A stretch of 64,000 nt of DNA from positions 1,376,001 through 1,440,000 of the forward strand of contig CAVSBL010000002.1 in the NCBI GenBank assembly GCA_963726255.1, given 5' to 3'. The DNA comes from Candidatus Bathyarchaeota archaeon. Lineage in GTDB: Archaea; Thermoproteota; Bathyarchaeia; 40CM-2-53-6. The notes beneath the pieces were generated by a model, which was not told the DNA's origin, made no database searches, and saw only the letters and a program-made list of their open reading frames with translations. Positions 45,429 through 54,945 of this stretch are shown piece after piece (positions within the stretch are counted from its first letter, which is position 1; each line of letters starts with the position of its first letter). Position numbers and translations under genes: made by a program.

Positions 45429-46778
45429 TTAGGAAACGTAGACAATCATGAGATCCATTAGATTCGTACCCGTCTCGCCAGTGCGTATGGCGTCGTGTAA
45501 TCTTCTGAAGGCGCTTGAAGAATCATGCATCCTTAAGCATTCAACGGCATCTATACCAGCCCTCCTAGCGCGTTCTAGACTGTGGCCGTCAACTATCGCC
45601 CCTGCTAGGTCAGTGGGGCCGTCAGTTCCATCGGTACCGATGGAAGCGATGGTGATTTTCTTACTGCCTGCTATTTTCAGGGCTGCCGCCAATGCCAATT
45701 CTTGATTTCGACCTCCTTCTCCGTGCTCCCCCCGAATAGTTACGGTAGTTTCGCCGCCCGCGACCAAGACACATGGAGAGTTAAACGGCTGCTCGTTCGT
45801 CTCGATTTCTTTTGCAATACTTGCCAAAATGATACCAACGTCCTTTGCCTCCCCCTCGACACTGGTTGATATCGTCACGGGGCGTAATCCAAGTTCGGTC
45901 GCCGTTCTCACGGCAGCCCGACAAAGCATCGGATTCTCCGCAAAAATAACATGGTGTGCCCTTACGCCCATCCGTTCAAAGTCAGTTGACTTCGGAGTTT
46001 CTTGATCAATGTCTGCTTTCTCGAAGTAATCCCTTGCCGAGCTGGGAATTTTGTCCCACAGATCATATCTTACAAGAACATGCTTTGCATCGGAGAATGA
46101 AGTCGTATCCGAAACGGTAGGCCCCCAAGGAAGACCTACAACTTCATCGATGGCGATTAAACTAACAACTTCGGCCTGGTGCGCAGCCATTGACAGTTTT
46201 CCGCCACCCACTTGAGAGAGATGCTTTCGAACAGTGTTCATATCTTCGAGGGGTGCCCCAGAATTCAACAGCAAGTTACAGACTTTTCTTGCATCCTCAA
46301 GGGTAATGCCTTTCGGGGGAAGCATGGTTAAGGAAGTACACCCGCCCGTAACACAGACAATTACAAGGTCATCCTTCTCTGCCTTTCTGGCTATCCGAAG
46401 AATTTCCTCACCTCCTATGGCGCTGCCCTCGTCAGGTATTGGATGGCCCCCTTCCATCACCCTAATCTTCTTGGTTTTGCGACCGCCTCCTTTCTTCTCG
46501 ACGACAACGCCTTCTCTAATTTTGTCTTGGAGAATGTCTTCAAGAGCACACGCGGCAAAGGTAACCTGTTTGCCTCCACCGATAAGGAATATGTCCTTAA
46601 TTTTCTTTAGATCGTATCTGAGCGGTCCTATCTTGAGATCGTCGTTAAGCTTGACCTGCTCCATGATGAGGTCATATGAGTTTACTTGTTCTAGGGCGCC
46701 CTCGATGATTTTAAGGACTGCCTCTCTTCCACGAATGTTTCCCTTAGACGTAAGCTCGTCCGAATTTTGTATTACCAT
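45429..46778 (-). CDS. Glycerate 2-kinase (MOFRL/DUF4147) family kinase, divergent
   Basis: GHPIPD, RKHLS, GPT, GGETTV, GGRNQE, GTDGTDG, TGTNLMD. Confidence 0.88.
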   Translation of the reverse strand: MVIQNSDELTSKGNIRGREAVLKIIEGALEQVNSYDLIMEQVKLNDDLKIGPLRYDLKKIKDIFLIGGGKQVTFAACALEDILQDKIREGVVVEKKGGGRKTKKIRVMEGGHPIPDEGSAIGGEEILRIARKAEKDDLVIVCVTGGCTSLTMLPPKGITLEDARKVCNLLLNSGAPLEDMNTVRKHLSQVGGGKLSMAAHQAEVVSLIAIDEVVGLPWGPTVSDTTSFSDAKHVLVRYDLWDKIPSSARDYFEKADIDQETPKSTDFERMGVRAHHVIFAENPMLCRAAVRTATELGLRPVTISTSVEGEAKDVGIILASIAKEIETNEQPFNSPCVLVAGGETTVTIRGEHGEGGRNQELALAAALKIAGSKKITIASIGTDGTDGPTDLAGAIVDGHSLERARRAGIDAVECLRMHDSSSAFRRLHDAIRTGETGTNLMDLMIVYVS

Positions 46779-46787
46779 AAGCTAGTA

Positions 46788-48041
46788 CTAGGCTCCGACT
46801 GGCAAAACATATGGTCCTCCGGGAACTATTGCCGTCCTCAGTTCTTGATTTGATTGCATACCGCATAGCCGCAGAGCTTCGTCAACTGACTTGGCGTGCT
46901 CCATTTTCATTGTCCTTACGGTCTCGGGGTCAACCCCGTCGGTGACGACTATGACCTTGGCCTTGGACAGGATTCTTGCAAGTATCTGGATGTTATCCTG
47001 ATCCTCAACGGGCTCGTCCGTCTTCAGCTTCTTAAGGACGTCTTGGGGATCCTTCCCAAGGGACATGTACTTCTGAAAGACCTTGTGGCCCACGCCGTCT
47101 CTACACTCGCTTGCCAGAACGATAGTCCCGCCTTTTCTTATCATCAATTCTCCGACAGCCAAACCTTTGACACACTGATACAAGTTCCTGTCGAGTGGAT
47201 ATCCACCATTTGTTGTCACGACGACATCAAAGAGTTCGTGAAATTCCACTTTCATGTCTTCAGTAACTGCTTTGGCCGCTTTTCTGTGAGTTGGTCCTGG
47301 TTCTCCAATGAATAGGTGCGTCATGTTCTTTTGGGAGTCTACAGTGACGTTTACGATGAGGTGCAGTCCGCTCTTCTGACCTCCTTGAACAATATCCTCG
47401 TAGATGGGGTTGCGGTCTAGAAGTCCGTATCTAGCCCTATCATGCGCTACCATGTCGAAGCTGTGGTTCTTCAGAATTGTAATCTTGCCCGCGATACCCG
47501 GTACGATGCTTTTGTATCCTCCGCCGAATCCTGCGTGAAAGTGCGGAACCACTAACCCGGCGGCGATCTTCAAGTCCGATTCCATAAACCGCCTGTTGAG
47601 GAAGACTGGGGTGCCTCTCGTAGTTGTTCCAAGTGAAACCAATTCCCCGTTGGCATCGTGGTTTTCAATGCAAAACTTGTCTACAATCGTTTGTCCAATA
47701 TTCTCGATCAAATCAGCGCGGCTCATTGGCGCGTGAAGGCCATTTGCAACTAGAATTGTGATATTTTCTCTTGCGACTCCAGCCTCCTCAAGCTCCCCCA
47801 AGAGGAGGGGAACGATTACGTCGTTGAATGCGAAGCGAGTATTGTCGCTGACAACAACGCAGACCTTCTTGGCCTTAAATCCGAGGAAGAAGGAGCGATT
47901 CTCCTTGAAATAGCTGGAGATCTTGCTTTGAGCGTAATTTCTGGGATCAGTAATTGCTCTCGCATCTTTAGGCCTAAGTATTCTTACTTTTCGGGGTGCC
48001 TTGAGGTTGACGTACTTCTGTCCATAAGGGAGTTTTACCAT
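46788..48041 (-). CDS. LarA-family nickel-pincer-nucleotide-dependent 2-hydroxy-acid racemase/epimerase
   Basis: SDNTR, ANGLH, NHD, PHFHAGFGGGYK, NHS, GGYPLDRNLYQCVK. Confidence 0.92.
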   Translation of the reverse strand: MVKLPYGQKYVNLKAPRKVRILRPKDARAITDPRNYAQSKISSYFKENRSFFLGFKAKKVCVVVSDNTRFAFNDVIVPLLLGELEEAGVARENITILVANGLHAPMSRADLIENIGQTIVDKFCIENHDANGELVSLGTTTRGTPVFLNRRFMESDLKIAAGLVVPHFHAGFGGGYKSIVPGIAGKITILKNHSFDMVAHDRARYGLLDRNPIYEDIVQGGQKSGLHLIVNVTVDSQKNMTHLFIGEPGPTHRKAAKAVTEDMKVEFHELFDVVVTTNGGYPLDRNLYQCVKGLAVGELMIRKGGTIVLASECRDGVGHKVFQKYMSLGKDPQDVLKKLKTDEPVEDQDNIQILARILSKAKVIVVTDGVDPETVRTMKMEHAKSVDEALRLCGMQSNQELRTAIVPGGPYVLPVGA

Positions 48042-48069
48042 CGTTCTTGTCGTCCATCCTCGTTCACGA

Positions 48070-49356
48070 TCAAACTGGCCTGCGATAGTTCGCCCCTGCA
48101 TACGTTGCCGACTCGCCTAGTTCTTCTTCTATCCTTAGCAATTGGTTGAATTGGGCGGTTCTTTCACTTCTGCATGGAGCCCCGTTCTTGAGTTGACCTG
48201 CACCTATGGCAACGGTTAGGTCGGCGAGCCATGTATCCTCCGTTTGGCCCGATCTTTCAGAAGCGACGACACTGTAGCCGTTCTTGACGGCATATTGCGC
48301 GACGTCCAAGGCCTCACTCAATGTTCCTATCTGATTGACCTTCCAGAGTACGGCATTGGCCGCGCGACTTTCTACTCCCGTTCGAACCCGTGACAAATTA
48401 GTGACGAAGAAATCGTCACCCACTATCTGAATTCGCCCCAATCTCTTAGTGACCTCAATGAAGCCCTCAAAATCATCTTCATCGAATGGATCCTCGATCG
48501 ATTTAAGCGGCAACGTGTTGACCAACTCTTCGTAAAGATCCATAAGGTTCTCGCGAGAGAATTCTTTGCCCATCAGATGGTACTTGCCATACTTCCTATC
48601 GTAAAGATGACTTGCAGCCGCGTCCATCGCGAGTATGAACTTATCTTCATAACCAAGTTCCTCGATTGCTCTGAGAATCTCGTCAAAGGCGTCATGAGGG
48701 TCGCTTATGCCGGGAGGCGAATAAGCTCCCTCATCGCCTACGTTCAAAGCGTACTTTGATCGTTTCGCGAGCCGTTCTCCTAGTTTGAAATAGACCTCAG
48801 CGCTGAGACGCATAGCCTCTGAAAAACCCTCGGCTCCAATTGGCATAGCATTGAATTCTTGAAAATCTAGGTCAGTTGCACCAAGTTTTCCGCCGTTTAT
48901 CATAATTATCATGGGAACAGGAAGTATGTGCGCTTGGGGACCCCCGATGTATCTGTAGAGGGGAAGACCGAGAGCCTCTGCAGCGACCCGTGCAACTGCG
49001 AGAGAAACGCCGACGATGGCGTTCCCTCCTAGTTTCGACTTATTCTCAGTTCCATCGAGTTCAATTATCGTCGAGTCTATCTCCTTCTGGTTTCTGACAT
49101 CCATCCCGGTCACTTTAGGTCCGATGACCTCATTGACATTTCTTACAGCAGTCAAGACGCCTCTTCCAGCATATCTAGAACCACCGTCTCTCAGTTCGAA
49201 AGCCTCGTATTTTCCTCTGGATCTACCGGACGGAACATCAGCTCTTGCCCTTGCTCCCCCTTCGGCGATAACATCTACCTCTATCGTTGGGTTTCCTCTT
49301 GAATCCAGTATCTCCCTCGCCCTCACTGATTTGATTCTGAAGATTTCTTGAGACAA
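48070..49356 (-). CDS. eno: Enolase homolog with altered active-site residues
   Basis: REILDSRGNPT, QEF, GDEG, IEDP, VGDD, KVNQIG, NQLLRIEE; but SERSG and NGGKL. Confidence 0.88.
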   Translation of the reverse strand: MSQEIFRIKSVRAREILDSRGNPTIEVDVIAEGGARARADVPSGRSRGKYEAFELRDGGSRYAGRGVLTAVRNVNEVIGPKVTGMDVRNQKEIDSTIIELDGTENKSKLGGNAIVGVSLAVARVAAEALGLPLYRYIGGPQAHILPVPMIIMINGGKLGATDLDFQEFNAMPIGAEGFSEAMRLSAEVYFKLGERLAKRSKYALNVGDEGAYSPPGISDPHDAFDEILRAIEELGYEDKFILAMDAAASHLYDRKYGKYHLMGKEFSRENLMDLYEELVNTLPLKSIEDPFDEDDFEGFIEVTKRLGRIQIVGDDFFVTNLSRVRTGVESRAANAVLWKVNQIGTLSEALDVAQYAVKNGYSVVASERSGQTEDTWLADLTVAIGAGQLKNGAPCRSERTAQFNQLLRIEEELGESATYAGANYRRPV

Positions 49357-49564
49357 ACCGATTTACCAGCACACTAAGTCAATTCTACGCGCGTTTCTTG
49401 AACAAGGACTTATCCTTTCGAACTGTGGCTTATCTTCGACGCAATTGGGTGCAAAACGGCACAATGGCTCGTTCGAAAGATGGAGTCAATGTCAGGTATT
49501 CTTCTCGATATGCTTTCGGATTGAACCCGGGTGTTCCTTACGCGTGCGGCGGTCTCTGGCCAGC

Positions 49565-50026
49565 TCAAGTCTCCATTCTTGGATCCTCTTTTAGTATTCT
49601 TGCGACAACTTGCGTGCTGGTTCTTTCAATATCGCTCATGTTGCTGAGGCGTTCCAGTTTTTGCATATAGTCATCTCTGTCATGTGCTCGGATTAGGACT
49701 ATGAAGTCGACGTCTCCAAGAATATAATATACAGCCCAGACTCCAGGGATCTTGGATAGTCTGAGTCCAACTTTCTGGTGATACCGCGGGCCATACTTGG
49801 CTCGAACAAGCACCGCTGCAAGATAGTCGTACCCTAATCTTGCAGGATCGAGTTTCGCATAATACCCTTCAATTACCTTCTCTCGCTCTAGCCTGCTGAT
49901 TCTGTAGTGCACCGTTGATTTCGGGATGCCAAGCCTCTTAGCGATTACCTGCAGTGGAACCCTGGAATCTTTTTGAAGTATCTTTAGCAGGGTCCTATCG
50001 ATCTTATCCAACTTTGCCACTTCCAT
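49565..50026 (-). CDS. Lrp/AsnC regulator of the BarR/Grp subgroup
   Basis: IPKST..YRI, GYYA, AKYG..YH, IPGVW.VY..LGD.DF, ERTSTQVV match recalled Sulfolobus Grp/BarR signatures. Confidence 0.85.
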   Translation of the reverse strand: MEVAKLDKIDRTLLKILQKDSRVPLQVIAKRLGIPKSTVHYRISRLEREKVIEGYYAKLDPARLGYDYLAAVLVRAKYGPRYHQKVGLRLSKIPGVWAVYYILGDVDFIVLIRAHDRDDYMQKLERLSNMSDIERTSTQVVARILKEDPRMET

Positions 50027-50223
50027 TCGGCACACAACGCCCCATTTGGACAGTGGAGCTTTTCTTTAAGACACTATCGGAATGTTGGGCTCAAGAATCC
50101 GATACGCGATGAAGAAAGCGTTTAGCCAATTTTACTGGCGAACCTTGTCGGGTAGCTGGGATTGGCTGCTCAACATATATTTTGGAGAGACATGCACGAT
50201 AGACGGGCCTTGAAGGTGGAACC

Positions 50224-50682
50224 ACAACGCAAGTTTCGGCCAAACTAGAGCGGGTTAAGAACCTAAAATTCAACGTCAAACTGCCAGACGGACGCCGAAT
50301 TGAACTAAACTCGGGCGAGGAGATGGGTCAAGCCTTCACCCCCATGGAGCTCTTCTTGGTCGCCTTGGCAGGTTGCACTGCGATGGATGTGCAATGGATT
50401 ATGGATAAGGAGAGGCAACAGGTGGACCGGCTTGAAATTTCAGCTCGGGGAACTCGGCGAGATGAAGACCCGATGTACTATGAAAGTATCGACTTAGAAT
50501 ACACGCTCGCGGGTCCGAGCATTAGGAAGGATGCCGTTGAAAGAGCAATTCGACTCTCACAGGAAAAATACTGTTCAGTATGGGCTATGGTGAATGATAA
50601 TGTCAAACTTAACATAACTTACAGGATTGCGAACGGAACCGATCCGGAGCAACAATACGCCTACACGGCCCAGGCAAGATAA
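50224..50682 (+). CDS. Second OsmC/YhfA paralog lacking a canonical start codon
   Basis: Homology to 18125-18592 extends upstream of ATG 50323 (TQVSAKLERVKNLKFNV vs SEVSAKLRRVDGLNFNV); no in-frame ATG/GTG/TTG after TAG 50200. Confidence 0.7.
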   Translation, partial: TTQVSAKLERVKNLKFNVKLPDGRRIELNSGEEMGQAFTPMELFLVALAGCTAMDVQWIMDKERQQVDRLEISARGTRRDEDPMYYESIDLEYTLAGPSIRKDAVERAIRLSQEKYCSVWAMVNDNVKLNITYRIANGTDPEQQYAYTAQAR

Positions 50683-50948
50683 GCCGTGGGTAACTTGCCA
50701 TCATAAATGGCAATGCCGCTTTTATTCTGGTTAGGCCATAACATACCTAGGTGGATATTGGGCAGCCCTAAGATGGTTCGGAAGAAGAAGAAAGAGCAGG
50801 CCAAACCCGCGCATACGGGTCAGATGTCAACTTCAGGACACTAACCACCGGATTGGTTAGTATCGAACCGCCTGCGCCAAAGAACTTCAGTTTATGTACG
50901 TAAGTCTCTATTGCGCCTTGGCGATCAATCTCCGGCGGACGGAAGCGA

Positions 50949-52109
50949 ATGCAGGAAACAGAAGCTAAAGAGTTCTACCAGTACGACCCCGCCAAGCGAG
51001 CCCTTGCCAAGCGTTACGAAAATGTGAAGCTAATTCTAGAACCTATCACTGGAACAATAGTTCCGGTCGCACTCTCCCTCTTTCTGCTCTTCTCGGGGAC
51101 ATCAGTTAAGCTCGCCCAAAGTCTCGCTTCGATGACCAGTTCTTACTGGATGACGTTGGGTTTGTACATTATCTCTTTCGTAATCTTCCTGCAGGTTGTA
51201 GAAACGCCATTCTCGTTCTACTCAGGGTACATTGTCGACCACAGATTTCACCTTTCAACCCAATCCTTGAAGGATTGGAGTGTTGACGAGTTGAAGAGCC
51301 TTGGAATCGAGGTGGCCTTTGGCGTACTAGCAGGAGTCACCCTCTATTATTTGATCAGAACTACGACTTTGTGGTGGCTCGCGGCCGCAGCGCTCTTTGC
51401 AATTTTCTCAATCCTGCTCTCAATAATTCTACCTTACGTTCTCATGCCGATATTCCATAAAGTTACACCACTCGCTGATCCGTCATTGAAGGACACACTT
51501 CTTGAGATGTCAGGGAAAGTCGGCGCGAGAAGCGTCGACCGGGTCTTGGTAGCGGATGAAAGCAGCAAATCCATCAGAGCGAACGCATTCTTCTCAGGGA
51601 TCGGTGGGAGTAAAGCGATCGTACTGTTCGATACACTGCTGAATAGTTTCACACGTAGAGAGGTGATTACTGTGGTCGCCCATGAACTTGGGCACTACGT
51701 GAACAAAGACATCTGGAAGGAAGCAGGTCTATCCGGCGTCCTGACATTGCCGCCGTTCTTCTTTGCCGACTTCGCCGTGAGGCAGGCAGCGAACAGCCTG
51801 GGGTTGGCCAGCATGGCCGACCCTGCTGGTGTCCCAATAATTATCGCCATCTTGGTAGGCGTGAGCTTCTTGCTGCAACCATTCTCCAACGGAATCTCCC
51901 GAGTAATGGAGAGGAGGGCTGACGAGTTTGCCCTTCGAGCTGCGGACGATTCGGACGCGCAGTCATCAGCTGAGAGGCGGCTGGCGGATTTGAGCCTCGC
52001 CGTAGACAAACCGAATCGGCTTGTTGAACTGTTCTTCTACTCTCATCCCTCATCCGCTAGACGCGAGCAGTTGGCTGAGGATTGGAAGAAAAAGCACACT
52101 AACAAATGA
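50949..52109 (+). CDS. M48 (Ste24-like) membrane zinc metallopeptidase
   Basis: NAFFSG, LFDTL, HELGH, E.RAD.FA, SHP. Confidence 0.92.
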   Translation: MQETEAKEFYQYDPAKRALAKRYENVKLILEPITGTIVPVALSLFLLFSGTSVKLAQSLASMTSSYWMTLGLYIISFVIFLQVVETPFSFYSGYIVDHRFHLSTQSLKDWSVDELKSLGIEVAFGVLAGVTLYYLIRTTTLWWLAAAALFAIFSILLSIILPYVLMPIFHKVTPLADPSLKDTLLEMSGKVGARSVDRVLVADESSKSIRANAFFSGIGGSKAIVLFDTLLNSFTRREVITVVAHELGHYVNKDIWKEAGLSGVLTLPPFFFADFAVRQAANSLGLASMADPAGVPIIIAILVGVSFLLQPFSNGISRVMERRADEFALRAADDSDAQSSAERRLADLSLAVDKPNRLVELFFYSHPSSARREQLAEDWKKKHTNK

Positions 52110-52193
52110 AGCATCGGTCCACTATTCTTGTCCACGCCTCACGCATGGCGAACAACACTTTCGCGGGCCGTGGGCATAAGTCTCATGTCTCAC

Positions 52194-52739
52194 TCAGTAA
52201 ACTTTTCTGATTCGCGCGATCAGGGACGGTCCGATTGCGCCGAGTAAGATTGCGGTCGTCAACTCGTGGGCCAGGCCGAAAGGATAGGGGCTAACGCTGC
52301 CCGTAATGAATGGAACGTAGAGGGCCAGGACCGCGCCCAGCCACGGGTAACTGAAAAGGAGAGCATCAATAACGGATGTCCCAATATCGAATAACATTGT
52401 AAGAAAGAAACCCACGATCGCCATCCTCCATCGACTAAACGAGCTTGTACGATGCCATAACAAACCCGCGAGTAACCCTACAACGGCCATACAGCTCGAC
52501 GTCTCCAGAGTCCATATACCCGCACCATAGGGGCTGACCAAGTCGCTAAGCGTCATAGAAAGCCAACCAACAGCAAACCCTGCCAAAGGGCCACCCACCA
52601 CACCACTAACGATCACGAGAAAAGCAATGGGCTTCACGTTAGGGGGACCCCAAGCGAGGGCGAACCTGAACGCAACGTTCGCTGCTGAAAGCGAAGCCAC
52701 GAGAGCCAAAAGCTTAGTCTTGCTTGGCACTGGAACCAC
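52194..52739 (-). CDS. ECF transporter S component (CbrT-like)
   Basis: About 6 TM helices; PNVKP loop; G..G..G motif. Confidence 0.7.
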   Translation of the reverse strand: MVPVPSKTKLLALVASLSAANVAFRFALAWGPPNVKPIAFLVIVSGVVGGPLAGFAVGWLSMTLSDLVSPYGAGIWTLETSSCMAVVGLLAGLLWHRTSSFSRWRMAIVGFFLTMLFDIGTSVIDALLFSYPWLGAVLALYVPFITGSVSPYPFGLAHELTTAILLGAIGPSLIARIRKVY

Positions 52740-52964
52740 CTGGATGGATTATCCAGGCAACTACATGTAAAGCCTTCCTGCAGGAGTCTGATTCAGAGAG
52801 ACTTGCTCTCCCTGCACTTGCAGCCCTTTCGATTTCTAGCACGCTTTCCTCAAGCGCCCGCCTTCTTGGCTCGATCTTAGAGTGGACGAATCATCTATGA
52901 GGCTTAAATTTGCGCAGCACTCCCAAATTCGATTCGAGCTAGTCATAGGGGAGAACTGAGAAGG

Positions 52965-54545
52965 TTGTTCAGAACAAGAATCTTGATTTGCCTTGCAATT
53001 GTCCTGCTCATGGTAGGCGGTGCGACGCTTCCAATTCTCGCCTCCAACATGGACAATGCGCCTTCAAAGATTCAACACATCATCTTCATAATTCAAGAAA
53101 ACCATTCATTCGACAATTACTTCGGAACATACCCGGGCGCGAATGGTTTTCCTCTAGGAATCTCGATTCCGATCAATCCCAATCAAACGAACCTGGGGTT
53201 GGTTCAACCATTTCATCTGAATGTTGCACAGCCAATCTCGATAGTGGGCGACGAACTACCGCCAGGAATCAGCGACCCTTCACAACTGAACGAGACAATT
53301 TCCTTGGATCCGGATGATATTGGAAGTAGCTCGACTGGTCCATTCCCATTTAACAATGAGTCCATCGGACACGACCTAAGTCATGCATGGGCAGTAGCGC
53401 ACGAAGCATACGATAATGGTAAGATGGACGGATTCATAGCGGCGGAGAAGAGCACTCTAACTATGGGGTATTACGATCGGAACGATCTTCCATATTACTG
53501 GGATTATGCGGACAACTATGTCCTAGACGATAACTTCTTCTCGTCCCTGATGGGCCCCAGCTTTCCGAATCATCTTTACATAGTCTCAGGGACCAACGGA
53601 CCGACTAATGGATTAAACTACCGTTGGGTATTACATAACGGTGTGATCGATAACCCAGCCGGCGATTTTGGTTGGCAAGGCGTCAGCCTCTCGTGGGCAA
53701 CGCTTGCGGAAGAACTTAGCAACACGAACATCCAATGGGCTTGGTACGATGGGCAGGCGAGACCGCTGAGGCCTACAATCTGGAACGTTCTACCACTCTT
53801 CACCTACTTCCAGAATCACCCTGACCAGCTTACGGAGCATGTGAAGAACACACAATACTTCATTTCAGACATTCAAACCGGCCAGTTGCCAGCCGTTTCT
53901 TGGATCATTCCTGGAGAAGGAGCAGGAGCATGGCGTCCGCCTAGTTGGCCGGCGGTTTGCAATGGGCAGTCGACTAGTGAACACCCACCAGCTAGGAGCG
54001 ACTGTGGGATGGATTACGTATCGTACTTGGTCAATCAGGTGATGCAAAGCCAATACTGGCAGTCAACCGCAATCGTCCTGACCTGGGACGATTATGGAGG
54101 ATTCTACGACCATGTTGCCCCACCACAAGTAGATGAATACGGTGAGGGATTCAGGGTCCCAACCCTTGTAATCTCACCCTGGGCTAAACACCATTTCGTC
54201 GACCACACACAATATGAATTCGCCTCATTCTTGAAACTAGCAGAAGAAACCTTCAACCTACCATCACTCGGGACGAGGGACGTATCAGCGAACGATATGA
54301 TGAACTCGTTCGACTTCAACCAATCACCACAATCAGGGCGAATTGAGCCAGCGAATTTTGTAGGCCCCGCGCAATCATCGACAACAGCCCAGCTATCAAC
54401 CTCAATAACTGAAGCCACAAGCACTGAGTCAACATTGCTCTCGGAGACTGCATGGCTGTTCTATATCGTCTTGACCGTTGTGGTGGTTGCCGCAGCAGTC
54501 ATGGCCGCAGTTATAGTTCGTCGTTGGAGTATGAGGAAGAACTGA
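52965..54545 (+). CDS. Surface-anchored phosphoesterase / phospholipase C (AcpA/PlcH family)
   Basis: Signal peptide, [13 protein letters not shown]...[31 protein letters not shown]; S/T linker, C-terminal TM and basic tail. Confidence 0.9.
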   Translation: MFRTRILICLAIVLLMVGGATLPILASNMDNAPSKIQHIIFIIQENHSFDNYFGTYPGANGFPLGISIPINPNQTNLGLVQPFHLNVAQPISIVGDELPPGISDPSQLNETISLDPDDIGSSSTGPFPFNNESIGHDLSHAWAVAHEAYDNGKMDGFIAAEKSTLTMGYYDRNDLPYYWDYADNYVLDDNFFSSLMGPSFPNHLYIVSGTNGPTNGLNYRWVLHNGVIDNPAGDFGWQGVSLSWATLAEELSNTNIQWAWYDGQARPLRPTIWNVLPLFTYFQNHPDQLTEHVKNTQYFISDIQTGQLPAVSWIIPGEGAGAWRPPSWPAVCNGQSTSEHPPARSDCGMDYVSYLVNQVMQSQYWQSTAIVLTWDDYGGFYDHVAPPQVDEYGEGFRVPTLVISPWAKHHFVDHTQYEFASFLKLAEETFNLPSLGTRDVSANDMMNSFDFNQSPQSGRIEPANFVGPAQSSTTAQLSTSITEATSTESTLLSETAWLFYIVLTVVVVAAAVMAAVIVRRWSMRKN

Positions 54546-54591
54546 AATCGCAGGGGGCGACACGAATTAGGCATCCGCTAGTTCAATGGCT

Positions 54592-54921
54592 CTATTCTTT
54601 TCTCTCAACCGTTACCTTGCATCTTGTGACTAAGGCAGCTATGGCCCCGAGTGCTGCCAGCCATGGTGCCATTACGGCCCCGATTAATCCAGCAGTGACT
54701 GGTAGTTCAAGCAGCAACTTGTCCTGCTCGTCTCGAACGATGATTCTCGTCACATTCCCTTCGTGTACTAAGTTCTTAACTCTCGTCACTAATTCGTCCG
54801 CGTTGATCGAGAATTCTTCCGACACAGACTTGCCAACTCGTCTTCCGCAATTCAAGCAGTATTTCGCGGTCTCTGGTAAGTCAGTTTGACATTTTTCGCA
54901 GCGGACCATGATCTCGCTCAC
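54592..54921 (-). CDS. Zinc-ribbon plus DUF4342 domain protein
   Basis: CEKC...CLNCG then VK.LVHEGNVTRIIV...LELPVTAG. Confidence 0.85.
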   Translation of the reverse strand: MSEIMVRCEKCQTDLPETAKYCLNCGRRVGKSVSEEFSINADELVTRVKNLVHEGNVTRIIVRDEQDKLLLELPVTAGLIGAVMAPWLAALGAIAALVTRCKVTVERKE

Positions 54922-54945
54922 TACACTGTTTGGCTCTGCGGTCGA

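Noticed and set aside
49512-49568. tRNA-like fragment on the minus strand (AGCTGGCCAGAG...CCCGGGTTCAATCCG) at the edge of the eno-larA cassette
   Set aside because: No acceptor or anticodon stem can be formed and it overlaps the Lrp stop codon; too weak to call a tRNA remnant or att site without a covariance search
50773-50844. 23-codon Lys-rich ORF MVRKKKKEQAKPAHTGQMSTSGH
   Set aside because: No SD or homology evidence; length is compatible with chance
52740-52960. Cobalamin or TPP riboswitch, or RNase P RNA (GAGGAAAG seen on the minus strand)
   Set aside because: Core consensus elements of these RNAs are absent
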